Positions 38,380-51,100 of a stretch of DNA of 64,000 nt are shown here, piece after piece. The notes beneath the pieces were generated by a model, which searched no databases, had not been told where the DNA came from, and saw only the letters and a program-made list of their open reading frames with translations. The first letter of the stretch is position 1; each line of letters begins with the position of its first letter. Origin of the DNA: Eutreptiella sp. 'Long Island Sound 2002' (Eukaryota > Protista > Euglenida). Where the stretch lies: contig OZ038378.1 of assembly GCA_964036045.1 (NCBI GenBank), positions 200,384,001 through 200,448,000 of the forward strand, given 5' to 3'. Made by a program: the position numbers and the translations under genes.

Positions 38380-39300
38380 TCTTGGAAAGTGGAGTCCGGA
38401 AATCCAGGAGCTCCATCCATAGAGAACCATTTGACATTAGTCCTCACGAGCCCACCCAAACCAAAGCCTTCCACCGCCTCGCTGCCCCTTTTGCACCCAT
38501 GAGTACATATTCTGAGTTAGTACAGATTGCCACCTTTAGCTCATCACAGTGTAGCCTCATGGCCTCCATAGCAGCCAGTAACTCTGCCATGTTGATGGTT
38601 TGTTTGATGTGGAGCGGAACTGGCTCTGCAATTGCAATATGGTTTTTCGAGAAAATTTAACAGCCTCCCACAAAACCAATTTGTTGACGTTCTGAGGATC
38701 CATCAGTAAAAACAAGCACATAGCCCTGTTCTTCTATTTGATCCAGATGTGCAATGAGTTTGTGTAGAGGCTGCGTTTTTCGCTCCAATCTACATTTAGC
38801 CTTGCGTTGCACTTTAGAAAGAGAGGGTGTTGGCGGAATCGGGTTCAGCATCAGGTGGATCCCCGGATCCCCCCTGTGCATGGAAATCAGCAGATCAATA
38901 AGGGACGTGAGGTGCAACAGGTGCAGTGACACTGACTGGGGCTGTTGCCACCCGTATAGGAACCGGATCCAGACTTGTAAGAAATATGCTTTTGTGCAAA
39001 AAAGAGCTGTGGTCCTTGAAGGCCGCCTAACGGACCGTCCAGTATGCTCTCATTGCTTACCAACCCTATAAATCACGTGGGATTTGGAGCGGCTCTGCTG
39101 AGTGTTTTGCTCAGCCACAGAGGAAAGAGGAAACAGGGGAATCATCCACTACATACGGCAGGAAACAGTTGTCGATGGTTGAATATGCCCAATGGAGAAA
39201 CTATGGAGAAACTGGCAGCCAAACATCATGTGGTGCATGGTTTCTGGAGCATGGTCCAAAGGACAAGGAATGCGCTCAAGTTTCCAAGCTTTTTGCCTAT
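38380..39300 (-). mobile_element. LINE (non-LTR) 3' remnant: zf-RVT-like zinc motif followed by RNase H
   Basis: 'CPLDHAPETMHHMMFGC', then 'LVFTDGSS', 'TINMAELLAA', 'ICTNSEYV', 'RRWK' and 'NGSLWMEL'. Confidence 0.8.
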
Positions 39301-39465
39301 CACCCAGTGGTTGCTTGCGCTGTTGTGTAGTTCAAATTGAATCTTTATCTTTTTCAGGCCCGCCACATTTCATAAATGACTCCCAAACAGCATCTATTTG
39401 CAGGGGGGTAAGGAGGGTTTGCAGGGGTGTATAGAGGGTTTGCAGGGGTGTATAGAGTTTGGGTA

Positions 39466-39669
39466 AGTTAAGGGGCCTAAGGAGTTAAGGGGCCTATGGA
39501 GTTAAGGGGCCTAAGGAGTTAAGGGGCCTAAGGAGTTAAGGGGTCTAAGGAGTTAAGCGGCCTAAGGAGTTAAAGGGCCTAAGGAGTTAAGGGGTCTAAG
39601 GAGTTAAGGGGTCTAAGGAGTTAAGGGGCCTAAAGAGTTAAGGGGCCTAAGCAGTTAAGGGGCCTAAGG
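39466..39669. repeat. 17-bp tandem repeat (GGAGTTAAGGGGCCTAA)n, about 12 copies, with further copies at 39817..39865
   Basis: Direct reading. Confidence 0.95.
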
Positions 39670-40605
39670 CGATAGGCATCATCTAAAACCCGCACCCTGT
39701 TTTTTTCATGCAAGCAAAAAGAGTGTATTGGTGATGACGTCACTAATTTGACAGGGTTACAGACTTTTTTGAAAAGTGAAAAAACACGCTGCGGCTGTTG
39801 GGTAGGTTAAGGTAGCTAAGGAGTTAAGGGGCCTAAGGATTTAAGGGGTGTAAGGAGTTACGGGGCCGTTGCATGCAATAAACACTAACACTCTGAGCCC
39901 TGCACATCCCTCCAATAGGAAACCCATGTTTTTGCCTCAGAATGTTTCCGCCTAATACAAAAATATCAGTGAAGAAAACGTCAAACTTCATATATTTAGA
40001 CCCTCAAGACCTTTCAATCCCTCCTTCAGCAGCAGTGCAGATCTGGCCAGGTAACACTGCAGCCTGCAGAGACAAACACCTGTTGCCCTTCCATTACAAC
40101 TACACGGTGGCTGCAATTTACTACTATTGGATAAACGAGGCACATTGTCTACTACTGCATGACGAGTAAAGCGACAACAATACCTTAATTAAAGTGACAC
40201 AAGCAGACAAAGCGGAGATTCAAAGCTGCTCTCGTTCAATTTGCAGTGTGCACAGTAATAGGTGAAACACATGCACAAGGGTTGCCTAGAGACTCAGGAA
40301 GGTGCGTAGGGGCAAGGGGGGGGGGGGGCTCTGAGACTGAATTGTCGGTCTACCAAAAAGACTGCTGGCAAAGGGTTCCAGTCTCCAAAGATTTTGCCCT
40401 TCTCTCAAGCAGTATGTTGGATTGGTTGGATTGGTGTGGGTGGATGAAGCCCCAACAAAAATTTGTGACTGTGACGCCCATCTGGAATGGGAGCATGTAC
40501 AGTCATCCAGCTGCAAATGGGCTAATGGAAAGACATGTACACCCTGAGGAGATCAGTGACAGGTGAAAGGGGACAGCCTGATGTGCACGCAACCTCATAC
40601 AAAAC

Positions 40606-41256
40606 CTGGCAGAGACAAAGATCCACATGCCTACAACGATACTTGTGCTGTGTCGCCCCCCTGGCATCGAGGTGCACTACCCATTTAATGGCGGGATGCC
40701 CAGCCAAGACATGGGCCCGGTACAGAAACTCCTCAGCCTTGTCCTGAGAGAATGAGGTGGCCAGGAACCCTGGAACACGATACACCTTCCCGGGCACATA
40801 AAATGTTTGGTGCTCATCTGACAAGCCACCTCCGCGCCAACAAATCCCATTGGAAGGAAAATTGACAGCACCGGATGGTCGCCTGATGACACATAAGGTG
40901 TTTATACCACGCACAAGGGTGGCCAGATGCCTCATGCCACCTGGTGCATCGGCACGTATGGCCTCATTGATGATGTTGCACAATGCCTTCCCATGTTGAG
41001 AGGAGAGGGGTAAGGGGGAGGTCCACAGACGCTGAGCAGCTGCCGGAACCTCAGTCAGCAGCTCGTCCTTGACCCTAAATGCTTCATTTTGCAATCGCTG
41101 AAAAAAATCTTTGCAATATGAATAATTGATGTCATGCACTTTACAATAGGCAGCTATGACCTCACATACTGCCTCCATCAGTTGATGTTGAAACTCGGGG
41201 GCCTTAGCCTGGTCATACGCCTTTCGGAACTCAGACGTACTCAAGGTACGCAGGGC
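40606..41256 (-). CDS. Second ADP-ribosyltransferase-like exon (helical subdomain plus R and S-T-S motifs), paralogous to the kinase-fused ART
   Basis: Phase-0 acceptor tttcctcag|GCC at 41256. Translation 'ALRTLSTSEFRKAY..LCNIINEAIR..ICWRGGGL..YRVPGFLATS..RCRHV'. Candidate donor CAG|GT at 40606. The catalytic ExE was not found. Confidence 0.7.
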
Positions 41257-42111
41257 CTGAGGAAAAGCAAAGGTGTTTACGTTGTCAAAGTCTGTGCTCC
41301 AAACGGTTGGAGTGGGGTCGCCCGGCTGTTGAGGCTTCCAGAAAAGCATTCGGCCTTCTCAGGGACATTGAGGGTAGAGGACCCGAGAGAGGGGTTAAGA
41401 AGCTGCTCACCACTGCCAGCAAAAAAGGCACTCCGCAGTGGACGAAGTGTGAATACTCTGCGCGAAGATATTTCTGCAATGCACTACCGGCAAGTCACGG
41501 GTTGCTGAGCTAGCACCCATGGCCTTGTGTGACATTCGCGTTGCTGGTTGTGGTGAGCACCCCCCAGCCTGGGGTCTTCGTGATGACCGCTTAACGGGCA
41601 CTGATTAGTGGAGGTTATGGGCAGCAGTTGCAGGGATGCAGGCAGGCTAAAGTAACACAGGGCTGTCTGTGTCGCTTTGTGAGGGCAAGTGGGGCCTACG
41701 ACAGGGGAGAGCGGGGGGGGTAGGCATGCAAACATGAACTAGGGCTACACGCAAGCGTTGAGTGAAATTGGGTGCAGCAGGGCGGGGGTTTGCAGAAATT
41801 CAGGTATAATCCAGGGCTGTGAGCAGGCACTGAGTGTGAGCAAGATGGGGTACGGCTAGGACAGGTGGGGTGTAACCAGGAGTAGGGGTGCAGGAATGGC
41901 AGGCGAATTTGGGGGTGGGTGCATGAGGTCCAAACTCCGTGACCTTCCAGAGTATTGCATGATGGAATGATGTTGTGTTCCTGATGTTGGTAGTGTAGCA
42001 AACCCATCACACATCCAAAGCGACGAATCTCGCCTCCAAATGGATGTGCACCAGCCCACAAACCACAAATGTCAAGCCACAGCAACAACACAAAGGTGAA
42101 CAGAAACAAAA

Positions 42112-42113
42112 CA

Positions 42114-42145
<32 letters not shown>
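42112..42145. repeat. (CAG)n microsatellite
   Basis: agcaacagcagcagcagcagcagcagcagcagc. Confidence 0.9.
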
Positions 42146-42942
42146 CAAAACGACAAACAAACTGACTATGACTCGAAGATAAATCATCAATGTCGATACC
42201 ACCGGATGCATGGCCCGTCTATGCAGTCTTGCACAACACCCAAGACCTTGAACCTCCTGTGCACATCACGCCTAATGTTGTGCAACGCACATGGTTTGCT
42301 CAGGACGTGAAAGGTTATGGCTGGGGTGTCCCAGTATTTTCAGGGGAAACAAAATATTGAACAAGCTACAAGCTTGCCTGCAGCCCGCTGATGGGATGAA
42401 TTGAACGAAAGCTGTGAATCATTTGCGACTCATGGCTTCGGGGACAACCATTGCGGTGCTATTCTATGCACTGCTTCGTGGAAAACAGTCGTGTCAGGTC
42501 TTTGATTGCCCATGCTTTGTTGTGCCCTTATCCCAACGAGGACTCGACCAGATGTGACCCCTGGTGGCAATAATCCACCTGAACACATGCAACACCTGAT
42601 GCCACCACTTGACGCATACAGATGCCCTGAAGCATTGGGCTCTGACCTCTCCTTAGCAGAATTCGCCAACATGAAGTTGTTGCAGTGGATAAGAATAACA
42701 TCGTTGTGGGATGGGAATGGGGGTTAGGGGCAACCAAGCGCAGGGGAATGGTGCATGCACAATCCATGAAATCACCCCACCCATTGACAGCGCATTTCAG
42801 TGGTCTTCGCCATGAGCAGAGCAGTGGTGTTCACCTGGGGCTACACCAACGTGCCCAGGGAGGTCACCTGGTCAGGGAAATCGCAACATGACATCTATAT
42901 GTCGTTTGTACAGGGTACGGGGCTATATGGTAGTCGCCGTCG

Positions 42943-43088
42943 CCGTGGCTTCAGAATCCAGGGCGCACCTTGCCGTGCCACGGCATCAACCGTGACGGCC
43001 GAGTAGGCCTAACGAGGGGCTCAATCTTCACTGCCACGTCGGTGTTCGGTGTGAGCGAGCCATCGTGAATTGAGATGGCCAAGAAAAC
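42943..43088 (-). pseudogene. Degenerate duplicate of the ART catalytic C-terminus just after the stop codon
   Basis: 'ISIHDGSLTPNTDVAVKIE/..AYSAVTVDAVARQGAPWILKP' versus the intact 'ISIHDGSLGPNPNVAVENEFLFAPYSAFTVEAVEWQDAPTIQKP'. It is frameshifted and has lost ExE. Confidence 0.8.
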
Positions 43089-43133
43089 GGCATCGTGCTA
43101 CATATCTCGACAGGGGAGTGCGATACATCGTGC

Positions 43134-45134
43134 TCAAGCCCAGGGGGCGAGAGGCAAATTTTCTGGTGCCCTCTGATTGTCGAATTCTGCCCTCAAAACC
43201 ACCGTGTGTGGCTTCTGAATGGTGGGTGCATCTTGCCACTCAACGGCCTCCACCGTGAAGGCCGAGTAGGGCGCAAAGAGGAACTCATTCTCGACTGCCA
43301 CGTTAGGGTTCGGTCCGAGGGAGCCATCGTGGATTGATATGAAATTGACATGTTTGCATCCCCGTGGGTCCAGCTTAATGGTCCACAAGACTTTATCCTC
43401 TTGCTGGCGCTCCATGAACTTCTTCGTCACCTGGATTTGGTCGGAAGTGGATAAAAACATCGGGACACGGTATTGCTTGCCTTGGACAAAGAAATGGCGG
43501 TGACGTTCAGGGAGCCCACCACCACGAAAGACTGTATTGTCCTTTGGCCACAAGATGGGCGCAGCTTCAGGTGCACGCCGCGTCACACAGAAGGTGTTAA
43601 TAGCACGGGTAATGGTCACGGCATGGATCACCTCATCCATCCTGAGCGCTTCATTGAGGATGCTGCACAATTCTCGCCCTTGAAAGGCTTCTGCAGTTGT
43701 GTACATGCGCATTGCACAGCACTTCAGTTTGTCTGCGTCTATCAGCTCATCAAGACCACCCGCCGTGAATGCAAGTCGCTGTACTTTTGCAAAATACTCA
43801 TCGGCCGCAGCGAGGTCATGGCCATGGCGCTGTGCAAACTGCCCGATCAAGGAACGGACACTCTCCATCAGCTCCGCTTGGCGAAGTGGGATGGACTCCG
43901 TGCGTGTAACGAGGATGCTGTACAATTTTTTGAACTGGCTCGTCCCGAAAGTGCGCAATGCCGACAACAATGGCGCCTTTACATCTGCGAAAGATGGCCT
44001 GTCATCGGGATTCTGGGCCCAGCACTCTCTCATGACATGGACAAGCAGAGCATTACTACTCTCTGGCGAAACATCTGGCCGCTTTTGAGCAACATATACT
44101 GCCTTCATCACCGCTGCCTCATTCTTTCCTTCCCATGGCCTGCTTCCATGCAGCAGTTCCCAGAGGATTATGGCATAGGAATAGACCTCGCTTTTCGGGC
44201 CGAATTCGTTATCGTACTGTTCTGGGGCCTTGTAAGCAAGAGTTCCTGCTGCAGCACGCATTGTGTGTCTCGTCGTGCTGATGTTGGGATTGACTGCAAG
44301 ACCAAAATCAGTAATCTTTGGTGTACAACAGGGACCATACAGGAGGACGTTGTCGCTCTTGAGGTCATGATGGAGAGTAGGCCCATTGGAATGAAGGAAA
44401 GCCATACCTTCAGCAATGCCAGTCGCCAGCTGCAGCTGCAAGAGCTCGTCATATAAGACTTTGGAGCGGTCGTGGTCGAGCAGCGCACGTAGTGAACCGG
44501 CTGGGGCAAGTTCCATGAGAAGACCAATCGAAGTGGGATCGTCGAGAACCACGCCGCATTGCTGCACGATGTTATCATGTGTGAGGCTCTGCAGCACTCG
44601 AAACTCGCGGCGTATGGAAGCCACAAGTTCTGCGTGCTCCGTTTCGGAAACGCCACCGAGGTTCACCTGCTTGAATGCCAACTGTTTATTGTTGAGCGTC
44701 ACTTCGTAAACAATGGCGTGCGAGCCCCTGCCTATCCTCTTTAGGACCTTGAGCGTTGCAGAGGGCACCTCAAAATCAGAGGCATTGAATTTGATGTGAC
44801 GCTGAGCTAACTGTCGGAGGGCCTCGACGTTCTGTGCCGCTCCCGGGCCAAAAGCTGCCTGCAGCGTGTCGACGCTGGTGTCCACAATGTCAGAGAGGTT
44901 AAGGATGCCTAAATCGAGGAGCGGGAGGGGAGAAAGGTCCAACTTCTGAAGTAAGGACAACAGGGTCTTGTCGAGCTTGCGTTTGGCAGCCAGCATCTTC
45001 TCGGCAACATCGGTGATCGTGATATTACCGTCCATCTGAAGCGCTTGCAGCAACACGAACTCCAGAATGTCTGCATTGACCTCCAACAGAGGCTGCTGGA
45101 GCATCGACTGCAGCTGTTGGCTGACAAGGGAACC
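43134..45134 (-). CDS. Terminal exon encoding a TKL-like non-RD protein kinase fused to an R-S-E mono-ADP-ribosyltransferase
   Basis: Kinase: IGRGSHAIVY, LAFK, RREF, LHHDLKSDN, ITDFG, GTLAYKAPE, EVYSY, DRPSF. ART: VFRG, FLSTS, ENEFLF. Phase-0 acceptor tttccag|GGT at 45134; stop TGA at 43134-36. Confidence 0.9.
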   Translation of the reverse strand, partial: GSLVSQQLQSMLQQPLLEVNADILEFVLLQALQMDGNITITDVAEKMLAAKRKLDKTLLSLLQKLDLSPLPLLDLGILNLSDIVDTSVDTLQAAFGPGAAQNVEALRQLAQRHIKFNASDFEVPSATLKVLKRIGRGSHAIVYEVTLNNKQLAFKQVNLGGVSETEHAELVASIRREFRVLQSLTHDNIVQQCGVVLDDPTSIGLLMELAPAGSLRALLDHDRSKVLYDELLQLQLATGIAEGMAFLHSNGPTLHHDLKSDNVLLYGPCCTPKITDFGLAVNPNISTTRHTMRAAAGTLAYKAPEQYDNEFGPKSEVYSYAIILWELLHGSRPWEGKNEAAVMKAVYVAQKRPDVSPESSNALLVHVMRECWAQNPDDRPSFADVKAPLLSALRTFGTSQFKKLYSILVTRTESIPLRQAELMESVRSLIGQFAQRHGHDLAAADEYFAKVQRLAFTAGGLDELIDADKLKCCAMRMYTTAEAFQGRELCSILNEALRMDEVIHAVTITRAINTFCVTRRAPEAAPILWPKDNTVFRGGGLPERHRHFFVQGKQYRVPMFLSTSDQIQVTKKFMERQQEDKVLWTIKLDPRGCKHVNFISIHDGSLGPNPNVAVENEFLFAPYSAFTVEAVEWQDAPTIQKPHTVVLRAEFDNQRAPENLPLAPWA

Positions 45135-48100
45135 CTGGAAATGATTTAGCAAGGCAAGGAAACCGGGGGTTGGGGGGGGATGAGGCAGGGATGGAGGGAA
45201 GGTAAGGAGAGCAGCCGACGCGTGGAAATGCAGCAAAGGGAGAAAGCACAAACCTAAAATGAGGAGTGAATTGATGAAGAGCCGAAACACGCACAGCAAC
45301 CTCAACAACATCGGGTTCTCAGGCCAACAACGCAAAGCCCTGTTCCAGGCGCATTCATGCGAGGTTTACCTGCAACCCTTCCGCTCCCCATGCACTGCAT
45401 GCCCCTGCATTATGGTCTATTGTTCTGCAGCCCTGATACACATCCACAGTACAAGGAAAAAGGATCCTGCTACCAGGGTACAGTGTCTGCTGTTCATGTC
45501 ACAAGTCTCAACCTGCAGATCAGGTCCACCAACAGGAACGAAAATCCAACCCGTCTACCATCAGTTGTCTGCCAATTTACTTCTGTGGAACGCCATCCAT
45601 CCAAAGCGTTCTCTTGGTTCACAGAGGCGTCGCGGTGGCCACAAACCGGACAACTGTTAGGGCGGAGGGGCTTTCAATGGGGGGTTCCAGCCTCCCCTGA
45701 CCAGGGCCCTCCTTCAAAATCTCAAGAGGCTGGCATTCCACATTCCTACTACAACGGCCTCAGACGTCACTGAAACTGCAAAATCCAGAAATACGCTACT
45801 TTGCAATCAGCGGTGACAGGGTGGATCGGAAACTCCATGGTATTGGGACGTGGTGAACGTTGGCCCCCTACCATTTTGACCCCGCAGGCTTGAATATGGC
45901 CCCTGGGTTCACGTTGGCTGTTTAATGGTCCAACCCTTGGCCTCAACCGCTACCCTCCCCCCAGTCTACTAGGAACTTGAAGCCCTCTCCCCCCCAATCG
46001 AACAGCTTGCAGCCCTTTGGCGAATATTCAAAGCTCTTCAAAGCAATCGACCATTGGCATTGGGGACTTGGTAGTTGCTGCAAAGATGGCGCATGGAGGC
46101 ATGTGGACTGGGCATCCACTGCAGCACCCCGCTTAACAAACCGAGGCTGGCTGTAATTGGATAGCACACCTCAAGCCGTGTCTCCTCCGGTTCTATTCTG
46201 TGCCCTTGCTCTCCGAAATGATCATCTGCAACATTGTAGCAGACATGGACCAGAGGAACCCCTCCCCCTTTTGCAGGATGACTCGTGGCTCAGGCTACAC
46301 CAGCGATTCGGCCAAACAGATGGGGGAGGGGGGTAATTTGGGGTTTCCAGATCCGATGATCAGATGCCCCCCCAAAAAGGCTGCACATTACGCGAGAACA
46401 CGGGCAAAATATGGCCTGTCAGCTTTGGCAAGTATACAAAGTAGAATGTGAAATTGTGGACAAGAGCGGACGCCTCTTTTGTAGAGGTGCAACACACACA
46501 CATTGCCACAGTACCTTGTGTCAAGCTGCGCAAGATTGGATCGCCAGGTGGGGCCAAATTCTTGACGGATGGCGGGACATCATTAACAGTCTACCAGCAG
46601 TGTCGATGCGACCAGTCATTCCACACCAGTTCCAAAGGAGCCAGTCGGACAGGTTGGCAGATCTCAACAGGTCATGCATACGACTGTCTGGTTGCACAGC
46701 TCCTCACTGTGCGCCTTGAAAGCCACGCACATCACAGGGCCGCATTGACATCCCTGGACTCCAAGTTTGAACACATTGCAGCCACTTCTGCCTCAGCAAG
46801 ATATTGAAATGGTCCGAATCCACGGCCAGAGCCAGGCAAATTGGCGGGGTGGCCTGTTTCGGTTATGGGAAAGAAAGACCCCGCGTGTCCCCACACTTGT
46901 ACGCAGACGCTCAGATAGAAGTGATTAGGGGTTCCAGTTGGTGTATGGGTCCAGTTGGTAGTCAGAATTGCATTTTTTCAGCAAGGGCACCGACCACAGG
47001 ACTTGGAGTCCAAAAAAATTGTGCTGCTATGTGGCGTGTGGTACCTGAGTGCCCAATCCCTTGTGCAGGTGTGGGCCCAACGCAGCAAGAGCTGCGGCCA
47101 CAGGACTTGGAGTCCAGGAAAGTGATGCGGGTGCGTGGTATGGTACCCGAGTCCCCGATCATCACTTGCGCAGGTGTGGGCCCAAGTTGCTTGTTCTTGG
47201 AATTGTCGGTGAAAAATGGAAAATCTGGTGGACTGGCACAGGAACTGTCCCGGGGCATGCAAAGGTACGCCCCAGCTGGACATTGTGCCTGCTGCAGGGG
47301 CATAGGGGCTGTAGCAGAAGGGCAGCAGTGAAAATGGAATGATGGTAGTACCTTGGGATGCAGAATGTAGTGAAATGGGTGTGCCCCAGGGAGTAAGAGG
47401 GGGGTAGGGGGAGGCATGGGTATCAACCCCTGCCAGTTATTGGTGCATGCACCAGTACAACCCCCGCCGCAGACAGGGTGCAGCAGAAGGTGGGTACCTG
47501 AAAAGGTACAGGGCACACGGACCACCATCATGATCTTGCTCATTGCATCATTGGAAATGCGGTTGTCTGAGTGCAGAAAAGAGCGCAATCAGGAGGAGGG
47601 GACAGGAGGTTGGTCTGAATTAGGGAACGGGGGACCCCCTTCCGCCTCCTTGGCATTTGAAAAACAACACACAGCACAGGGCAAGAGAAGCCACAGAAGC
47701 ACATCGGCGACACCGGACCTCAATTGAGGACCGTGCAGCAGTTATCACCGACCGAAAATACGCTGAATGGCATCCGCATTGATTGGCTCGATGCTCCTTC
47801 TCACGTTTCCAGTCCCATTTTTCTGCCGTGTAATCATCCATCTGCATTCTTCTGTCGTTCGTTACATCACTTGGTACATTCATGAAACCCCAGTGCCAAA
47901 ACGAACGGGGCACAACGATGCCGAAGCTGGTCACAGGTCGGATCATTTGAGTCTGTTATAATGTGAGTTTTGACGCTGTGTTCACGTCCGTGGTCGACTT
48001 TCTTGCTGCAAGATTAGCAAAACAGCAGCCCACCATTGTTATACAGAACACACACACACACAGTCACACACATAACGGAAAAGGTGAGCGCTGATCCCTA

Positions 48101-51100
48101 ACCCCAGCTTCCCACCCCAGTGCACCTTCCATTCCCTCCTTCCCACTGGCACCCCACAACAACAAAAAGTGCGTGCGGCACAGGCCGCTTCGCTCCGGAA
48201 CCCCTTCGCACCTCAGAACTGCAACTGCCCTGGGCATGACGGACACCTCAGGCTCCAATGCAACAGTGAGGCAGGGCTCTGCAGGGACAGAGGGTGCTGT
48301 GGTCCTGAACAAGGTCGCATGGCGGCAGGAAACCACCAGGTCTGCATCCATTCTGCCCAAGACAACAGCCACAACATACCTCCAAGATCCAATGATGTCA
48401 GTGATTTGCACTGCGGAAGAACAGCGGCCAACTCTTTGGTACCTTCATCCCCGATGCCATTGCCTGCACACATGACGGAGGGGGTGAGAGCACATTTCGT
48501 CGCCCTGGACAATGGGCACACGGAGCGGGAGTCACACACATAACGGAAAAGGTGAGCGCTGATCCCTAACCCCAGCTTCCCACCCCAGTGCACCTTCCAT
48601 TCCCTCCTTCCCACTGGCACCCCACAACAACAAAAAGTGCGTGCGGCACAGGCCGCTTCGCTCCGGAACCCCTTCGCACCTCAGAACTGCAACTGCCCTG
48701 GGCATGACGGACACCTCAGGCTCCAATGCAACAGTGAGGCAGGGCTCTGCAGGGACAGAGGGTGCTGTGGTCCTGAACAAGGTCGCATGGCGGCAGGAAA
48801 CCACCAGGACTGCAGCTGAGGCGTCTGCATCCATTCTGCCCAAGACAACAGCCACAACATACATTCAAGATTCAATGATGTCAGCGATTTGCAATGCGGA
48901 AGAACAGCGGCCAACTCTTTGGTACCTTCATCCCCGATGTGATTATCTGCACACATGACGGAGGGGGTGAGAGCACATTTCGTCGCCCTGGACAATGGGC
49001 ACACGGAGCGGGAGTCACACACATAACGGAAAAGGTGAGCGCTGATCCCTAACCCCAGCTTCCCACCCCAGTGCACCTTCCACTCCCTCCTTCCCACTGG
49101 CACCCCACAACAACAAAAAGTGCGTGCGGCACAGGCCGCTTCGCTCCGGAACCCCTTCGCACCTCAGAACTGCAACTGCCCTGGGCATGACGGACACCTC
49201 AGGCTCCAATGCAACAGTGAGGCAGGGCTCTGCAGGGACAGAGGGTGCTGTGGTCCTGAACAAGGTCGCATGGCGGCAGGAAACCACCAGGTCTGCATCC
49301 ATTCTGCCCAAGACAACAGCCACAACATACCTCGAAGATCCAATGATGTCAGTGATTTGCACTGCGGAAGAACAGCGGCCAACTCTTTGGTACCTTCATC
49401 CCCGATGCGATTATCTGCACACATGACGGAGGGGGTGAGAGCACATTTCGTCGCCCTGGACAATGGGCACACGGAGCGGGAGTCACACACATAACGGAAA
49501 AGGTGAGCGCTGATCCCTAACCCCAGCTTCCCACCCCAGTGCACCTTCCATTCCCTCCTTCCCACTGGCACCCCACAACAACAAAAAGTGCGTGCGGCAC
49601 AGGCCGCTTCGCTCCGGAACCCCTTCGCACCTCAGAACTGCAACTGCCCTGGGCATGACGGACACCTCAGGCTCCAATGCAACAGTGAGGCAGGGCTCTG
49701 CAGGGACAGAGGGTGCTGTGGTCCTGAACAAGGTCGCATGGCGGCAGGAAACCACCAGGACTGCAGCTGAGGCGTCTGCATCCATTCTGCCCAAGACAAC
49801 AGCCACAACATACTTCCAAGATCCAATGATGTCAGCGATTTGCACTGCGGAAGAACAGCGGCCAACTCTTTGGTACCTTCATCCCCGATGCGATTATCTG
49901 CACACATGACGGAGGGGGTGAGAGCATATTTCGTCACCGTGGACAATGGGCACACGGAGCGGGAGTCACACACGTAACGGAAAAGGTGAGCGCTGATCCC
50001 TAACCCCAGCTTCCCACCCCAGTGCACCTTCCACTCCCTCCTTCCCACTGGCACCCCACAACAACAAAAAGTGCGTGCGGCACAGGCCGCTTCGCTCCGG
50101 AACCCCTTCGCACCTCAGAACTGCAACTGCCCTGGGCATGACGGACACCTCAGGCTCCAATGCAACAGTGAGGCAGGGCTCTGCAGGGACAGAGGGTGCT
50201 GTGGTCCTGAACAAGGTCGCATGGCGGCAGGAAACCACCAGGACTGCAGCTGAGGCGTCTGCATCCATTCTGCCCAAGACAACAGCCACAACATACTTCG
50301 AAATTTCATTGATGTCAGCGATTTGCAATGCGGAAGAACAGCGGCCAACTCTTTGGTACCTTCAACCCCGATGCCATTGCCTGCACACATGACGGAGGGG
50401 GTGAGAGCATATTTCGTCACCTGGGCAATGGGCACACGGAGCGGGAGTCACACACATAACGGAAAAGGTGAGCGCTGATCCCTAACCCCAGCTTCCCACC
50501 CCAGTGCACCTTCCATTCCCTCCTTCCCACTGGCACCCCACAACAACAAAAAGTGCGTGCGGCACAGGCCGCTTCGCTCCGGAACCCCTTCGCACCTCAG
50601 AACTGCAACTGCCCTGGGCATGACGGACACCTCAGGCTCCAATGCAACAGTGAGGCAGGGCTCTGCAGGGACAGAGGGTGCTGTGGTCCTGAACAAGGTC
50701 GCATGGCGGCAGGAAACCACCAGGACTGCAGCTGAGGCGTCTGCATCCATTCTGCCCAAGACAACAGCCACAACATACCTCCAAGATCCAATGATGTCAG
50801 CGATTTGCACTGCGGAAGAACAGCGGCCAACTCTTTGGTACCTTCAACCCCGATGCGATTGCCTGCACACATGACGGAGGGGGTGAGAGCACATTTCGTC
50901 GCCCTGGACAATGGGCACACGGAGCGGGAGTCACACACGTAACGGAAAAGGTGAGCGCTGATCCCTAACCCCAGCTTCCCACCCCAGTGCACCTTCCATT
51001 CCCTACTTCCCACTGGCACCCCACAACAATTAAAAGTGCGTGCGGCACAGGCCGCTTCGCTCCGGAACCCCTTCGCACCTCAGAACTGCAACTGCCCTGG

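Noticed and set aside
45135-45335. Hydrophobic N-terminus of the 733-aa ORF as a signal peptide or transmembrane helix
   Set aside because: It is a pyrimidine-rich stretch ending in a good phase-0 acceptor at 45134, so it is best read as intron that happens to be open.
48144-48170. V(D)J-like action of the RAG1-like transposase on the LRR array via CACTGGC-11 bp-ACAAAAAGT in each intron
   Set aside because: The resemblance to a recombination signal is weak (poor heptamer), it is not at an exon border, there is no 12/23 pair, and the local transposase is inactivated. Probably chance.
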